Shown: positions 49,585 to 59,053 of the stretch, one piece after another
How the letters are laid out: every line of letters starts with the position of its first letter
Position numbering within the stretch: position 1 is the first letter of the stretch
Source: a virus
Taxonomy: Duplodnaviria; Caudoviricetes
DNA: 64,000 nucleotides
Strand: one strand, 5' to 3'
IMG/VR virus record: IMGVR_UViG_3300032007_000015
Position numbers and translations under genes: made by a program
Notes under the pieces: model-generated
Databases searched by the model: none
What the model saw: the letters and a program-made list of their open reading frames with translations, nothing else
What the model was told of the DNA's origin: nothing

Positions 49585-49920
49585 CTACTCTGTAGTATCT
49601 TTTGCAGTCTCTTCTGTTGAATTTGTAGTCTCTTCTGATGGAGCAATATATCTATCAGATGATAAATCAAGTTCTTTCACGATATATATTCTACGATTAT
49701 TATCTGGATCCAAATAATCTTTATGAAGTGCATAAACTTTTCCTTTTAATACTATAGAAGTTGTTCCTTTATCAAATCCAGTTGCAAAGTCTGTTGTAAA
49801 TGTATAGTCTAATTCAATCCATCTGTCTTGATTTTCCATTGCAAACTTATAACCTAAATTCATACCGTTTTGAGCTTCAGCTCTAGATACTGGAACCATA
49901 ATATGTTTTACATCTGCCAT
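49585..49920 (-). CDS. Hypothetical late protein
   Basis: 111 aa, SD AAGGAG, AACA-N6-TAA at 49957-49969. Confidence 0.7.
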   Translation of the reverse strand: MADVKHIMVPVSRAEAQNGMNLGYKFAMENQDRWIELDYTFTTDFATGFDKGTTSIVLKGKVYALHKDYLDPDNNRRIYIVKELDLSSDRYIAPSEETTNSTEETAKDTTE

Positions 49921-50048
49921 ACTTTTAGTTCTCCTTTCGTATTTATTTTATTCGATTTAACTATTTGTTTTTAAGTAAATTAAATAAAAAAGAACGAATA
50001 TAGAAATTTTATATTCGTTCTTTTTAATTAAGTTATGAAAGAATCAGA

Positions 50049-50246
50049 TTATTCATCTGATTCCTCTTCTTCGAAGTCCTCCAATTCTTCCATAACTTTT
50101 TCTTTCACTGCTGCAGTAGTGATTTTCTTTTTTATTTTTTTTACAGGTCTATCAAGAAACCTGTATGTTTCGACTCCTGCTGTAACTCCTGCAACGACAC
50201 CGACAATGATGTGTCGGATTTCAATTTTGCTTATAAGTATTCTCAT
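50049..50246 (-). CDS. Small membrane protein
   Basis: HIIVGVVAGVTAGV segment, basic then acidic tail; SD GGGGG. Confidence 0.6.
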   Translation of the reverse strand: MRILISKIEIRHIIVGVVAGVTAGVETYRFLDRPVKKIKKKITTAAVKEKVMEELEDFEEEESDE

Positions 50247-50248
50247 AA

Positions 50249-50461
50249 TTATTTACCCCCTTTCTTTTTCTTATTCCACCAATGTTTTGGTGGTTCAGGT
50301 TCAGGAGAGACTTTGTTCTTTATACTCTTTCCTACTCTTTTGATATCTTCTTCAGCAGCTGCTGCACCACCTGCAGTTGCTTCAAATATCACCAAGCCTA
50401 CTCCTAATGCTGTGGTGCCTTTTGCGAGGATTTCTAATCCTCTTTCTAATTTATTTCCCAT
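50249..50461 (-). CDS. Small membrane protein
   Basis: TALGVGLVIF segment; SD AAGGAG. Confidence 0.6.
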   Translation of the reverse strand: MGNKLERGLEILAKGTTALGVGLVIFEATAGGAAAAEEDIKRVGKSIKNKVSPEPEPPKHWWNKKKKGGK

Positions 50462-50550
50462 ATTAACTCCTTTCCCAACTAATCATATGGAAATTAGTTG
50501 ACGTAATTTTATTTTTTGGAAATTACGAAACCAGTAATTTTTTTCTTATT

Positions 50551-50575
50551 CTCGGTTTATTGTCATGAGCTGGAC
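50551..50575 (-). other. Conserved 25-nt leader element, copy 2
   Basis: 24/25 identical to 44484-44508. Confidence 0.75.
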
Positions 50576-50706
50576 AGAATAAATACTAATATATTTTTTA
50601 TTTTATTCACCAAAATATTATATAATTATTATTACTATTTAATATCATTTTTAGGGTAAAAATATAGTATAGACTTATTATAGTCTATACTATATTTTCT
50701 TAATTA

Positions 50707-51888
50707 TTAATCTTTATAAATAAATGCTTTAAATGTATCAATGGCTCTTCCATATATACCAGCATAATCACTATCATCAACGACCCATCCTAAATACTTG
50801 TCGGAACCTACTAATGATGCACTATATTTTACATGATATCCTGGCATATTAACAAGTCTACATTTAATACCATCTATCTTTCTACCAGAAATTCCAGCAT
50901 AATCATTTAAATCAGTAACCCAAGGTAACCAAGATCCACCTATAGTATGAACTTGATACTGGATATGACCTGAAGATAAATGCATCTGTAATTCATCGAT
51001 TGGTATATTTCTTGAACCTGCAAATCCATTTGCGTTTACATCGTTATAATTAGTTACTTCTGAATACCATTTCTTAGTATTAGCATTTCTAACACGATAT
51101 ATTACATTAGGCACACCATTTGATTTATTACTTGATGAAGATGGTGTCCAATTACCACGAATATCTCCATCATTACAATATGTGTTATATCCTTGTAAAT
51201 GATATGGATTCTTACCTTCAACTATTTTATCAATAATAGCATTAATCCAAGGACTGCATCCCATAGCAGATGAATTTGGATCTGTAGGTCCTTTATAATG
51301 TGTTGAAACTGTTACACGTTCACCAACCTTATGAGCATGTGATGTTGTTTGTGTATTAGTTGCTTTATTTGAAGAGATCTCCGATTTGAATCTTAACCAA
51401 ATTGAGTTATTGCTATTATTAGCACCCCAACCTGTCCATCCTGGACAAATCTTTCCGCAAACATCATAATGTCTAACAACATTGCCTGCTGGAATATTAT
51501 ACTTTGCCATTAAGATTTTTGTAAGCTCTACAGTATTTTTGAATGTTGCTTCAGAAACAGCACCATTTGTTCCACACATTTCAATACCAATAGAATTATT
51601 ATTTGTACATTTACCCCATAAAGGAGCAGTACCATGTGAATAATCTACACCACAATGTCCAGCACGGTCTGTATCTTTTACACATTGAACAGCACCAGTT
51701 CCATCAACAAACCAATTGGCAGATGCGTTTCTATTAACATTTTCAAAATATTTACAATTATTAATAGCTGTATCTGTTCTGTTTGCTGTATAATGAATTA
51801 CAATATATTCATTCTTTTTATTTGTCATTGGTGTATAGTTGACTTTAGTAAGTCTTGTACTAATATTAAGTGACATAATAATTACCAC
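50707..51888 (-). CDS. Endolysin: N-acetylmuramoyl-L-alanine amidase (Amidase_2) with C-terminal ChW-like repeats
   Basis: IVIHYTA, SIGIEMC, RHYDV..K.CP; repeats such as YQVH...WLPWV...YAG..G..ID. Confidence 0.88.
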   Translation of the reverse strand: MVIIMSLNISTRLTKVNYTPMTNKKNEYIVIHYTANRTDTAINNCKYFENVNRNASANWFVDGTGAVQCVKDTDRAGHCGVDYSHGTAPLWGKCTNNNSIGIEMCGTNGAVSEATFKNTVELTKILMAKYNIPAGNVVRHYDVCGKICPGWTGWGANNSNNSIWLRFKSEISSNKATNTQTTSHAHKVGERVTVSTHYKGPTDPNSSAMGCSPWINAIIDKIVEGKNPYHLQGYNTYCNDGDIRGNWTPSSSSNKSNGVPNVIYRVRNANTKKWYSEVTNYNDVNANGFAGSRNIPIDELQMHLSSGHIQYQVHTIGGSWLPWVTDLNDYAGISGRKIDGIKCRLVNMPGYHVKYSASLVGSDKYLGWVVDDSDYAGIYGRAIDTFKAFIYKD

Positions 51889-51972
51889 CTTTCTTTATTA
51901 TTTTAAAGTATAGTTAAAATAATAAAGAAAAAAAAGATGGATAAATTAAAATAACTTATCCATCTTTTGTAA

Positions 51973-52395
51973 TTATTCAAGTTCTAATTCTGAATATAGA
52001 ATTAGTTCTTGCTCATATAATATCTTACAATATTCTCGTATATTTATATAATCTTTCTTTCTCTTTAGAATATCAATTTCATTATGAATATTATTACTTC
52101 GCTGAAGATGAGAAGTTTCATTATCATAATATTTAGATATTCTCTTTAAAATATCAAGATAATTTTTATTAATTGTATTATTTTCATACATATATTTTAA
52201 ATCACTATATATCGGTGTATCTATAAATATATCTATTAATTTATCATATGTCTTTTTAATGAGATTATCTAACATTTCATCTTTTTTACTTGATGAAGAA
52301 TATTCTATTGTAGTTGCAAGTTTATATAAATTAGATGTTGATTTATGAATATCTGATTGATATTTATTATATTCTTCAGATTTTTTATACTTCAT
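51973..52395 (-). CDS. Hypothetical protein
   Basis: ORF in a tightly packed minus-strand operon. Confidence 0.6.
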   Translation of the reverse strand: MKYKKSEEYNKYQSDIHKSTSNLYKLATTIEYSSSSKKDEMLDNLIKKTYDKLIDIFIDTPIYSDLKYMYENNTINKNYLDILKRISKYYDNETSHLQRSNNIHNEIDILKRKKDYINIREYCKILYEQELILYSELELE

Positions 52396-52413
52396 ATTCG
52401 TTGCACTCCATTT

Positions 52414-52857
52414 TTATTTTAGAAATGAATCAAAACTGTTATCTCTAAATCTATATTTATTTATATAATGACCTTTCCGATTAAAGGTGTGAATTTTCTC
52501 AGGTAATAACACATCTTCAGTCGTCATAAGTCTTTTAGAATATGAACCAAGATATTTCCTTCTCTCGTCAATCTTCCCTAATATTTCACTTGCTGTTTCA
52601 CCATCTAGATATAATCTTTCAAATATTAATTGTAACGCATCAACTAATTTATCGGTATCAACAACTTCGCCAACAAGTGCTTGGTTTATATTAAACTTTA
52701 TAGAGGCATTTAATTTATGCCTCCATTGATATTCACCTGTTTCTTTTTTAGATTTGACTTTAGAAACTGCATATCCTATATCATATCCTAATTTTTCACA
52801 TTCTTCAACTATGTTATCTCTAACAAGTTGATTCTTAGGCATTACATATTGTTCCAT
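52414..52857 (-). CDS. Hypothetical protein
   Basis: ORF in operon, abuts neighbour. Confidence 0.65.
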   Translation of the reverse strand: MEQYVMPKNQLVRDNIVEECEKLGYDIGYAVSKVKSKKETGEYQWRHKLNASIKFNINQALVGEVVDTDKLVDALQLIFERLYLDGETASEILGKIDERRKYLGSYSKRLMTTEDVLLPEKIHTFNRKGHYINKYRFRDNSFDSFLK

Positions 52858-53760
52858 TTATTCGTTTCCTTCTTTTTCAATAATTTTAAAATTTCTAGAG
52901 CTGATTGCTATAGCATCTTTATATTTCTTTGTTTTAGAATCATATAATAATTTAATACAATCTTCATCATTTACTGGAATAACAATCTTATCCAATTCAT
53001 CATTCTTAAAGATTTCAGATTTATTAGAATCAGATATTTCTTTAAGCATTCCAATATGTTTATTTGATGTATATTCTATTATAAATATACGTTTACCATT
53101 TTTTATATTTTGTAGACATTCATTATATAATTCATCTGAAAAGTCTAACAATCTGCATTTAATATGACGAATTTCTGCATATGTTATATCATCAGATATA
53201 CCATCATTTTCATCATGCATCTGATTTACAGATTCTATACTACCTACTTCCGGAAATTCATCATCATCTTCTTTATCTTCAATCACCTCATATTTTCTAG
53301 GTGATTCAAAAACTACATCAGACAATGCATTATTATGCTTTATAAAATCTGAAATATTAAGACATCTAAACATATTTTTATTTCTTAATACTAAATTGAA
53401 TAATCCCATTAACTCATCAAAAACATCGTCATGAGTTGGATCACCAATTATTTTCTCTAAATCTGATTTCTTATTATATACCATTAAAATATTTTTTATT
53501 TTTTCTTCAGTTCTATTTTTTAATCTTTTTGATGAATCTTTATATTTGAATCTGCTTACATAGTAATCTGCTTCAATCTGTAATTTATTCATCATATCAT
53601 TGAATTCAGCATTTATTTTCTTTATACTAAATCCTCTTCTATCTGATTTGGTAAGAGGTATTAAAAGCACCTGTGTATTTTCATAATATGCTTCATAACC
53701 TTCTAATTCATTTACGAGTTTTTCTAATTCAAGTTCTTTTGCGTCAATAATATTTATCAT
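52858..53760 (-). CDS. Hypothetical protein
   Basis: 300-aa ORF, SD AAGGAG. Confidence 0.7.
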   Translation of the reverse strand: MINIIDAKELELEKLVNELEGYEAYYENTQVLLIPLTKSDRRGFSIKKINAEFNDMMNKLQIEADYYVSRFKYKDSSKRLKNRTEEKIKNILMVYNKKSDLEKIIGDPTHDDVFDELMGLFNLVLRNKNMFRCLNISDFIKHNNALSDVVFESPRKYEVIEDKEDDDEFPEVGSIESVNQMHDENDGISDDITYAEIRHIKCRLLDFSDELYNECLQNIKNGKRIFIIEYTSNKHIGMLKEISDSNKSEIFKNDELDKIVIPVNDEDCIKLLYDSKTKKYKDAIAISSRNFKIIEKEGNE

Positions 53761-53777
53761 AATATTTTTCTCCTTTT

Positions 53778-54410
53778 CTATTTATTATTATATGGTGATA
53801 AGTTTGTATCTCTTTTTAAAATATATGAATTATTTTTATAATTTCGTATTATATAATAAAATGCATTATTATTAAAATAATATTCTGAATTATCAACGAA
53901 ATCTTTTATTTTTTCATATGTGCCTTCATTATTTTTTATATGTGAAAACTTATGTGATAAATTATCATTAAAATTTTCATCATATACTGTAATTGGAATA
54001 AATTCCAAATTATTATACATCCATAATAATTTATTATAATCATTTAGTTTCATAAATTCAGAAGGATCATATCCTTCATAAAATGATTCATCATAAATCA
54101 TGTGTGGATATATCATTTTAATCTTTTCCAGTCTCATATCAAAACCTAATACAAATGATAAATCATCAATATCTTCATACATTATCAAACGATTAATATT
54201 GTCTTTTAAAAAGATATATGAATCAATATCCATAAAATATTTATTATCATTTATAATATTTGATATAATATCATAGTTATATTTTTCTTTGTACAACTTA
54301 ATCTTTTTATTTATTTTTTCAATAAGATTTTTTTCTTGGTCTTCCCAAGTAGTATTTTTGGGAAGACCATTAAACAATCTATGTGAAAAAGGTATTTCAA
54401 TTTTATTCAT
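53778..54410 (-). CDS. Hypothetical protein
   Basis: 210-aa ORF, SD AAGGAG. Confidence 0.65.
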   Translation of the reverse strand: MNKIEIPFSHRLFNGLPKNTTWEDQEKNLIEKINKKIKLYKEKYNYDIISNIINDNKYFMDIDSYIFLKDNINRLIMYEDIDDLSFVLGFDMRLEKIKMIYPHMIYDESFYEGYDPSEFMKLNDYNKLLWMYNNLEFIPITVYDENFNDNLSHKFSHIKNNEGTYEKIKDFVDNSEYYFNNNAFYYIIRNYKNNSYILKRDTNLSPYNNK

Positions 54411-54426
54411 ATGTGTTTCTCCTTCA

Positions 54427-54879
54427 CTAATTGTATATTATATCATCATTGTCATCATTTGAAATAATTTCTTTAATGCCAGTAACTATTACATTATCTG
54501 AATTAATCATATTTCCAAGATTTTCTGCATATTTTGTAACATAGAAATAATCTTTTGAACTTACAGGTATTATTATATTAATACCATTTATCATTGCATA
54601 AATATGATACTTCTTATTTTTGTTACTTATAAATTTTTTAGATGATAAACTAGTGAATTTTATATACACTTTATTACCATCTAAATTACCTTTAAACATC
54701 AATAAATTGTTTTTATATGCAACATCTCTGAATACTAATAAATCATATTCATCTTTGTTTTCAAGTAAGTATCTAAAGTTTCTTTGCTGCTCCTCATTAT
54801 ATTTTAAATATATTGATATTATCTCAAATATCTTAGATACTGATTTTTCATATATTTCGTCATTTAAATTATTTTTCAT
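54427..54879 (-). CDS. Hypothetical protein
   Basis: 150-aa ORF, SD AGGAGG. Confidence 0.65.
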   Translation of the reverse strand: MKNNLNDEIYEKSVSKIFEIISIYLKYNEEQQRNFRYLLENKDEYDLLVFRDVAYKNNLLMFKGNLDGNKVYIKFTSLSSKKFISNKNKKYHIYAMINGINIIIPVSSKDYFYVTKYAENLGNMINSDNVIVTGIKEIISNDDNDDIIYN

Positions 54880-54899
54880 TGGTTTTCCTCCTTTATTCT

Positions 54900-55586
54900 T
54901 TACAAGTTGAAGAAATGATTATATTCAAGTATTTTTTCAACTTCTTCAATAGTTATATTTTCGCATATGCTATTTGCTTTTTCAAATTCATTATGATTAT
55001 ATACTACTTTTGCATCGTAATGACTATTTTTGATTTTATTGACAATTAATGGAATAATCTCATTATAGTCTTTACCTTTAAAATAGTAGTCTCTTGAATA
55101 ATATATTCTTCCTATATATTTATTAATATCCAATCTATATGATTTATCACTATCCTTTAATATTGCAGAATATAGTGACGATACACTATCTTTATTATGT
55201 TCAATAATTACTTCTTGCATCATTGCAATAGTAAAATAATCATAATTTTTTGGATGTACTATAATTGAATTATGTTCTAACATTACTGCAGAATTTTCAG
55301 CATGGTTTTTAATACCCATTATTCTTCCCAAATCATGATATGCTAAAATAATTGCTAATTTTTGTGAATCCAAATCGGTATCAGGTTCAGCTTCTTTAAT
55401 TTTACAAAATGTTTTATATCCATAAATCAGAACATCTGAAAAATGTATATATGAATGTGCATAATCTAATGTAGTATACATTGATCCAATTGTTTTTAAT
55501 GTTTCCTTAATATAACAATCATTACACATCTTATCTAAAACATAATCAACTGTAATTTTATCCTCTTTGTTTTTTTCGGTGTCCAT
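54900..55586 (-). CDS. HD-domain phosphohydrolase
   Basis: HSYIH, YHDLGR, HAENSA, EH, DSDK motifs. Confidence 0.8.
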   Translation of the reverse strand: MDTEKNKEDKITVDYVLDKMCNDCYIKETLKTIGSMYTTLDYAHSYIHFSDVLIYGYKTFCKIKEAEPDTDLDSQKLAIILAYHDLGRIMGIKNHAENSAVMLEHNSIIVHPKNYDYFTIAMMQEVIIEHNKDSVSSLYSAILKDSDKSYRLDINKYIGRIYYSRDYYFKGKDYNEIIPLIVNKIKNSHYDAKVVYNHNEFEKANSICENITIEEVEKILEYNHFFNL

Positions 55587-55604
55587 AATATTACCTCATT
55601 TTTC

Positions 55605-55907
55605 TTATTTTATTGCACGCGTTGGACGATTCATTTTTGATAAACCTGAGAAAATGTAATCAAGACTTTCTTTAGCTTTATTATTAATCTCTTCAAGTTT
55701 TCTGATGTCAATAACATCAATTTCCAATTTAGAATTAATTTCGTCAATATATTTAAATAATTCCGTAATATCTTTAATATAATTACCTCGTTCACAAGAG
55801 TTTGCAAAGCATCTATCTTCACATTCTATAACTCTTAAACCATTTATAATATTTATTAATTCCTCCTTAGATTTGTTCTTATATTCTTTATTAATTTTTT
55901 CCATCAT
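55605..55907 (-). CDS. Hypothetical protein
   Basis: 100-aa ORF with SD. Confidence 0.55.
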   Translation of the reverse strand: MMEKINKEYKNKSKEELINIINGLRVIECEDRCFANSCERGNYIKDITELFKYIDEINSKLEIDVIDIRKLEEINNKAKESLDYIFSGLSKMNRPTRAIK

Positions 55908-55921
55908 AATATTTTTCCTCT

Positions 55922-56191
55922 CTATTCTATATCATTAATTCTTATATGACCCATATTCAATAAATATGACATATATATATTATCATTTAAAGCTGCTATA
56001 TATGATTCAAGTAAATCTCTATTCATATCTTTTAAATATGATATGTTATTTTTCATAATACTAAGTTCATCGCCTTGTTTAATATTATTTCTCTTATCTT
56101 GAATCTTTAGAAAAACGTAGTAAGAATCATCAGGTTCTTCAAAATGATCTTTGGGATTTCCCAGAATTCTTTCTGGTCTGATTTGTGCCAT
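55922..56191 (-). CDS. Hypothetical protein
   Basis: 89-aa ORF overlapping the upstream ORF. Confidence 0.4.
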   Translation of the reverse strand: MAQIRPERILGNPKDHFEEPDDSYYVFLKIQDKRNNIKQGDELSIMKNNISYLKDMNRDLLESYIAALNDNIYMSYLLNMGHIRINDIE

Positions 56192-56613
56192 TTGTATAAA
56201 TCGTCTATAAATGAACTATACCTAAAATCATCCCAAGGAATTCTTTTTTCTACGGTAAATCTTGGTTTAGATTTAAATACACTAGAATAATCATCAACAT
56301 TATATTCATTATTCAAATCATATATAATATTATATTTAAAATCAGTATATTCTGCAGTACTACTGATATTATAATTTATTGATGAATAATTTGAAACTAA
56401 ATAACTATTCAATTCATTAAAAATGTTCATCTGCATACTATTATATAAGCTAGTAGGATGCAAATTACGTCTATCTAGTTGTATAAAATTATCATAATAA
56501 TTATTTTGGTTTGTTGGAATTTGCCACGGTATTTTGTTATTTGAGTTTTCTTTAGATTTCCGTATATTACGGAAATCTAAATTTTCTGTTAAACCAATAT
56601 CTCCAGGTATCAT
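56107..56613 (-). CDS. Hypothetical protein
   Basis: 168-aa ORF in operon. Confidence 0.55.
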   Translation of the reverse strand: MIPGDIGLTENLDFRNIRKSKENSNNKIPWQIPTNQNNYYDNFIQLDRRNLHPTSLYNSMQMNIFNELNSYLVSNYSSINYNISSTAEYTDFKYNIIYDLNNEYNVDDYSSVFKSKPRFTVEKRIPWDDFRYSSFIDDLYKWHKSDQKEFWEIPKIILKNLMILTTFF

Positions 56614-56619
56614 ATTTCA

Positions 56620-57330
56620 TCAGTCCTTTTCAGGTTTTTCAATTGTTTTGAAATACTCTCTGACATCATCTAATGATTTTGGCATTTCTATCTTATGAGT
56701 TAATTCGCTATCAGTAACATTAGCATTATATTCTTTTACCATTTCATCTAATGTTAGTTCGCAATACTCATCAATCCAGTCACCAATATAGAAAAATCTC
56801 TCTTCAGGTATTTTATAAGAATCTGAACTTAAAAATGTTCCAAATAATATTGGATCTTTTTCCCTTCTTTCTTTAGCAATTTTTTTATATTTAGTAAATA
56901 CCACATAATACTGATCGAATAATTTATTTTCTTTTGCTATTAGCAATTTTTCTATAACAGAATCATCAATCTCTCTTTTATATTTAGATAATTCTATTAT
57001 TTTTACAGTATGATGTGAAACATCTTTTATATATTTTTCAATATCTGATTTATATACAACTATATCAAATCCATATTTAGATGCTTCCAATTCTCTCATC
57101 ATTAAACTGTATTTTTCAAATAATCTTTCAGCCATAGCTTCTTGACCTGTTAAAACAGCTTTGTTGAATAGGGTTAAACAGTTGTCAATAACAACGTTTA
57201 AGTTTTCATCCTTAATATTCTTTTTCATATCTTTTACATATTCAAAATATGTGCTTGGTGATACATCGGATTTTAAAAATTCTTTATCACCGATTTTAAC
57301 ATATTCTGCAATAATTTCTTTCTCGTTCAT
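56620..57330 (-). CDS. Conserved-looking phage hypothetical protein
   Basis: 236 aa, SD AGGAGG; KDPILFG...FYIGDWIDEYCELTL motif. Confidence 0.7.
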   Translation of the reverse strand: MNEKEIIAEYVKIGDKEFLKSDVSPSTYFEYVKDMKKNIKDENLNVVIDNCLTLFNKAVLTGQEAMAERLFEKYSLMMRELEASKYGFDIVVYKSDIEKYIKDVSHHTVKIIELSKYKREIDDSVIEKLLIAKENKLFDQYYVVFTKYKKIAKERREKDPILFGTFLSSDSYKIPEERFFYIGDWIDEYCELTLDEMVKEYNANVTDSELTHKIEMPKSLDDVREYFKTIEKPEKD

Positions 57331-57347
57331 AATAAATAATCCTCCTT

Positions 57348-57800
57348 TTAATATACTAAATAATAAATACCGGTTACTGGATATTCATCTACTTTAAAAT
57401 CGTTTAATTCTCTTAAAACGGTATAAGATTTATCATTAAATGTATTTATATCATAAACATCACATTCATGAAATCCACATTTAGTATCTTCAATAGAATT
57501 ATGAAAAATCATTGTTGGAAATGCTTTTATTAAAGATTCAATTACTGGTCTAGGAACAAAGTATTTATCACGTATTAAAAATCCAATATTTGTAGTTACT
57601 TTTCTAAAATTAAAATCATATGTCGATACTTCAAAAGATATTTCAACTAATTTAAAATCATCCTTCTTCAAAATTTCTATATGATTTTTTTTATGCAATT
57701 TTTGTATACAGTCACTACACATTGGTTTACTATTAAGGGATCTAAAAACAAGTTCACCTTTACGTTTGCAATAATAACATTCATTAATATTATTATTCAT
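57348..57800 (-). CDS. Hypothetical protein with N-terminal Zn finger
   Basis: Likely start MNNN (SD AGGAGG); CYYC...CSDC. Confidence 0.6.
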   Translation of the reverse strand: MNNNINECYYCKRKGELVFRSLNSKPMCSDCIQKLHKKNHIEILKKDDFKLVEISFEVSTYDFNFRKVTTNIGFLIRDKYFVPRPVIESLIKAFPTMIFHNSIEDTKCGFHECDVYDINTFNDKSYTVLRELNDFKVDEYPVTGIYYLVY

Positions 57801-58572
57801 ACTGCAATTCCTCCTGTTCATCTTCGCATGTTGCCCACATATCTTGTAATCTATCATCATATATATAAACCTTAACGGGTGAATCACTTATAAGTGTCGT
57901 GTAAGTTCTCAAATCATCTATATAATTTTTATATTCGTCGATAATTTTTTCGTCCAAATCACTATTGAGTATATTTCTAATGATATTATTATATGCGTCA
58001 TCTTCGCTATTAAAACCAAAGTTCGTTGCACCTTCTTTAGCTATAAATTTATTATTTCTGTATAAGACATCAATATATCTTAAGTCATTCAAATAATTAT
58101 GATATTCAGCATTTGTAGTTTCATCATGTGTTGAATGATGAAATTCTATAAAACTAATATGATTATTCTTTGCCTGTTCAATCATATTATTCGTCCCTGA
58201 ATTTGGTGCAGAATTAACATTCTTAAATGCAACAAGAAGATTTATAGCATTTGCATCTTCTTTTACGATACTAATAATCTCAGCATTTCTATCAACTCCA
58301 GCACTATGATTATTTATCCATACTGCAGAATGTGTTTGTTTAATCCATTTTGCAGGTACTCTCATACATTTAAGTCTTTCAAATGCAGCATATTCTTCTG
58401 CATATGTATCAACTCCTAAACTACCACCTGTGATTATACAAACATCATATTTCTTAGGGTCTCCATTAGTTATACAGTCTATTACTTTTCTTAGACATTC
58501 ATATACATATATTCGTTCTTTAAAACGTCTATTACCAGATACAATAATATTTACTTTAGTAATATCTTCCAT
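57793..58572 (-). CDS. SLOG-superfamily (YspA/DUF2493-like) nucleotide-binding protein
   Basis: IIVSGNR, IITGGSLGVDTYA, AGVDRN, SGTNNMI motifs. Confidence 0.75.
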   Translation of the reverse strand: MEDITKVNIIVSGNRRFKERIYVYECLRKVIDCITNGDPKKYDVCIITGGSLGVDTYAEEYAAFERLKCMRVPAKWIKQTHSAVWINNHSAGVDRNAEIISIVKEDANAINLLVAFKNVNSAPNSGTNNMIEQAKNNHISFIEFHHSTHDETTNAEYHNYLNDLRYIDVLYRNNKFIAKEGATNFGFNSEDDAYNNIIRNILNSDLDEKIIDEYKNYIDDLRTYTTLISDSPVKVYIYDDRLQDMWATCEDEQEELQYE

Positions 58573-58589
58573 AATCTTTTTCTCCTTTT

Positions 58590-58736
58590 CTATTTATTTC
58601 TCATCATTTGCTCATATTTGTATTTATAATATTCTTTTTTATACTTTGGTAATTTCTCTCCTTTCACTTTCGTATTTTTAATCCATCTTCTCATTTTCAT
58701 TTTTTCTTTTATCTTTTTAAGTATTATTTTAAACAC
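58590..58736 (-). CDS. Possible 48-aa highly basic peptide
   Basis: GTG start; MFKIILKKIKEKMKMRRWIK...MRNK*; first ORF of the minus-strand operon. Confidence 0.35.
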   Translation of the reverse strand: MFKIILKKIKEKMKMRRWIKNTKVKGEKLPKYKKEYYKYKYEQMMRNK

Positions 58737-58849
58737 CTTCTTTCTTATATTTTTAAAATTATTATTTTTTAAAGAATATTATATGTAATAGAATTTTATT
58801 ATATTTTTTAAAATTCTATTACATATAAATATTATATTAACATTTTCAT

Positions 58850-59053
58850 TTATTCATCTTCATTATCATCATCTACATTAATTGTTGCAAAGTAATATAA
58901 ATCAATTAATTGACCTTTTTCTAATGCAAATAATTCATTAAGAAGACCACTATCTCTAGAAATAATCATTCTTTCAATAGGATTAAATTTTCTAAATATT
59001 TTCATTACTTCTTTATTAAATATAGCAATAATATTTAGGATGTCTCCATCGAA
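58850..59053 (-). CDS. rpoC: RNAP beta' N-terminal subunit, exon 2
   Basis: Reads FDGDILNIIAIF...DDDNEDE*, completing NAD-FDGD. Confidence 0.9.
   Translation of the reverse strand, partial: FDGDILNIIAIFNKEVMKIFRKFNPIERMIISRDSGLLNELFALEKGQLIDLYYFATINVDDDNEDE

Noticed and set aside
50468-50535. preQ1 riboswitch-like look (UGGUUUCG...CCA plus A-rich tail)
   Set aside because: P1 only about 3 bp, simple hairpins explain it better, and downstream genes are unrelated to queuosine
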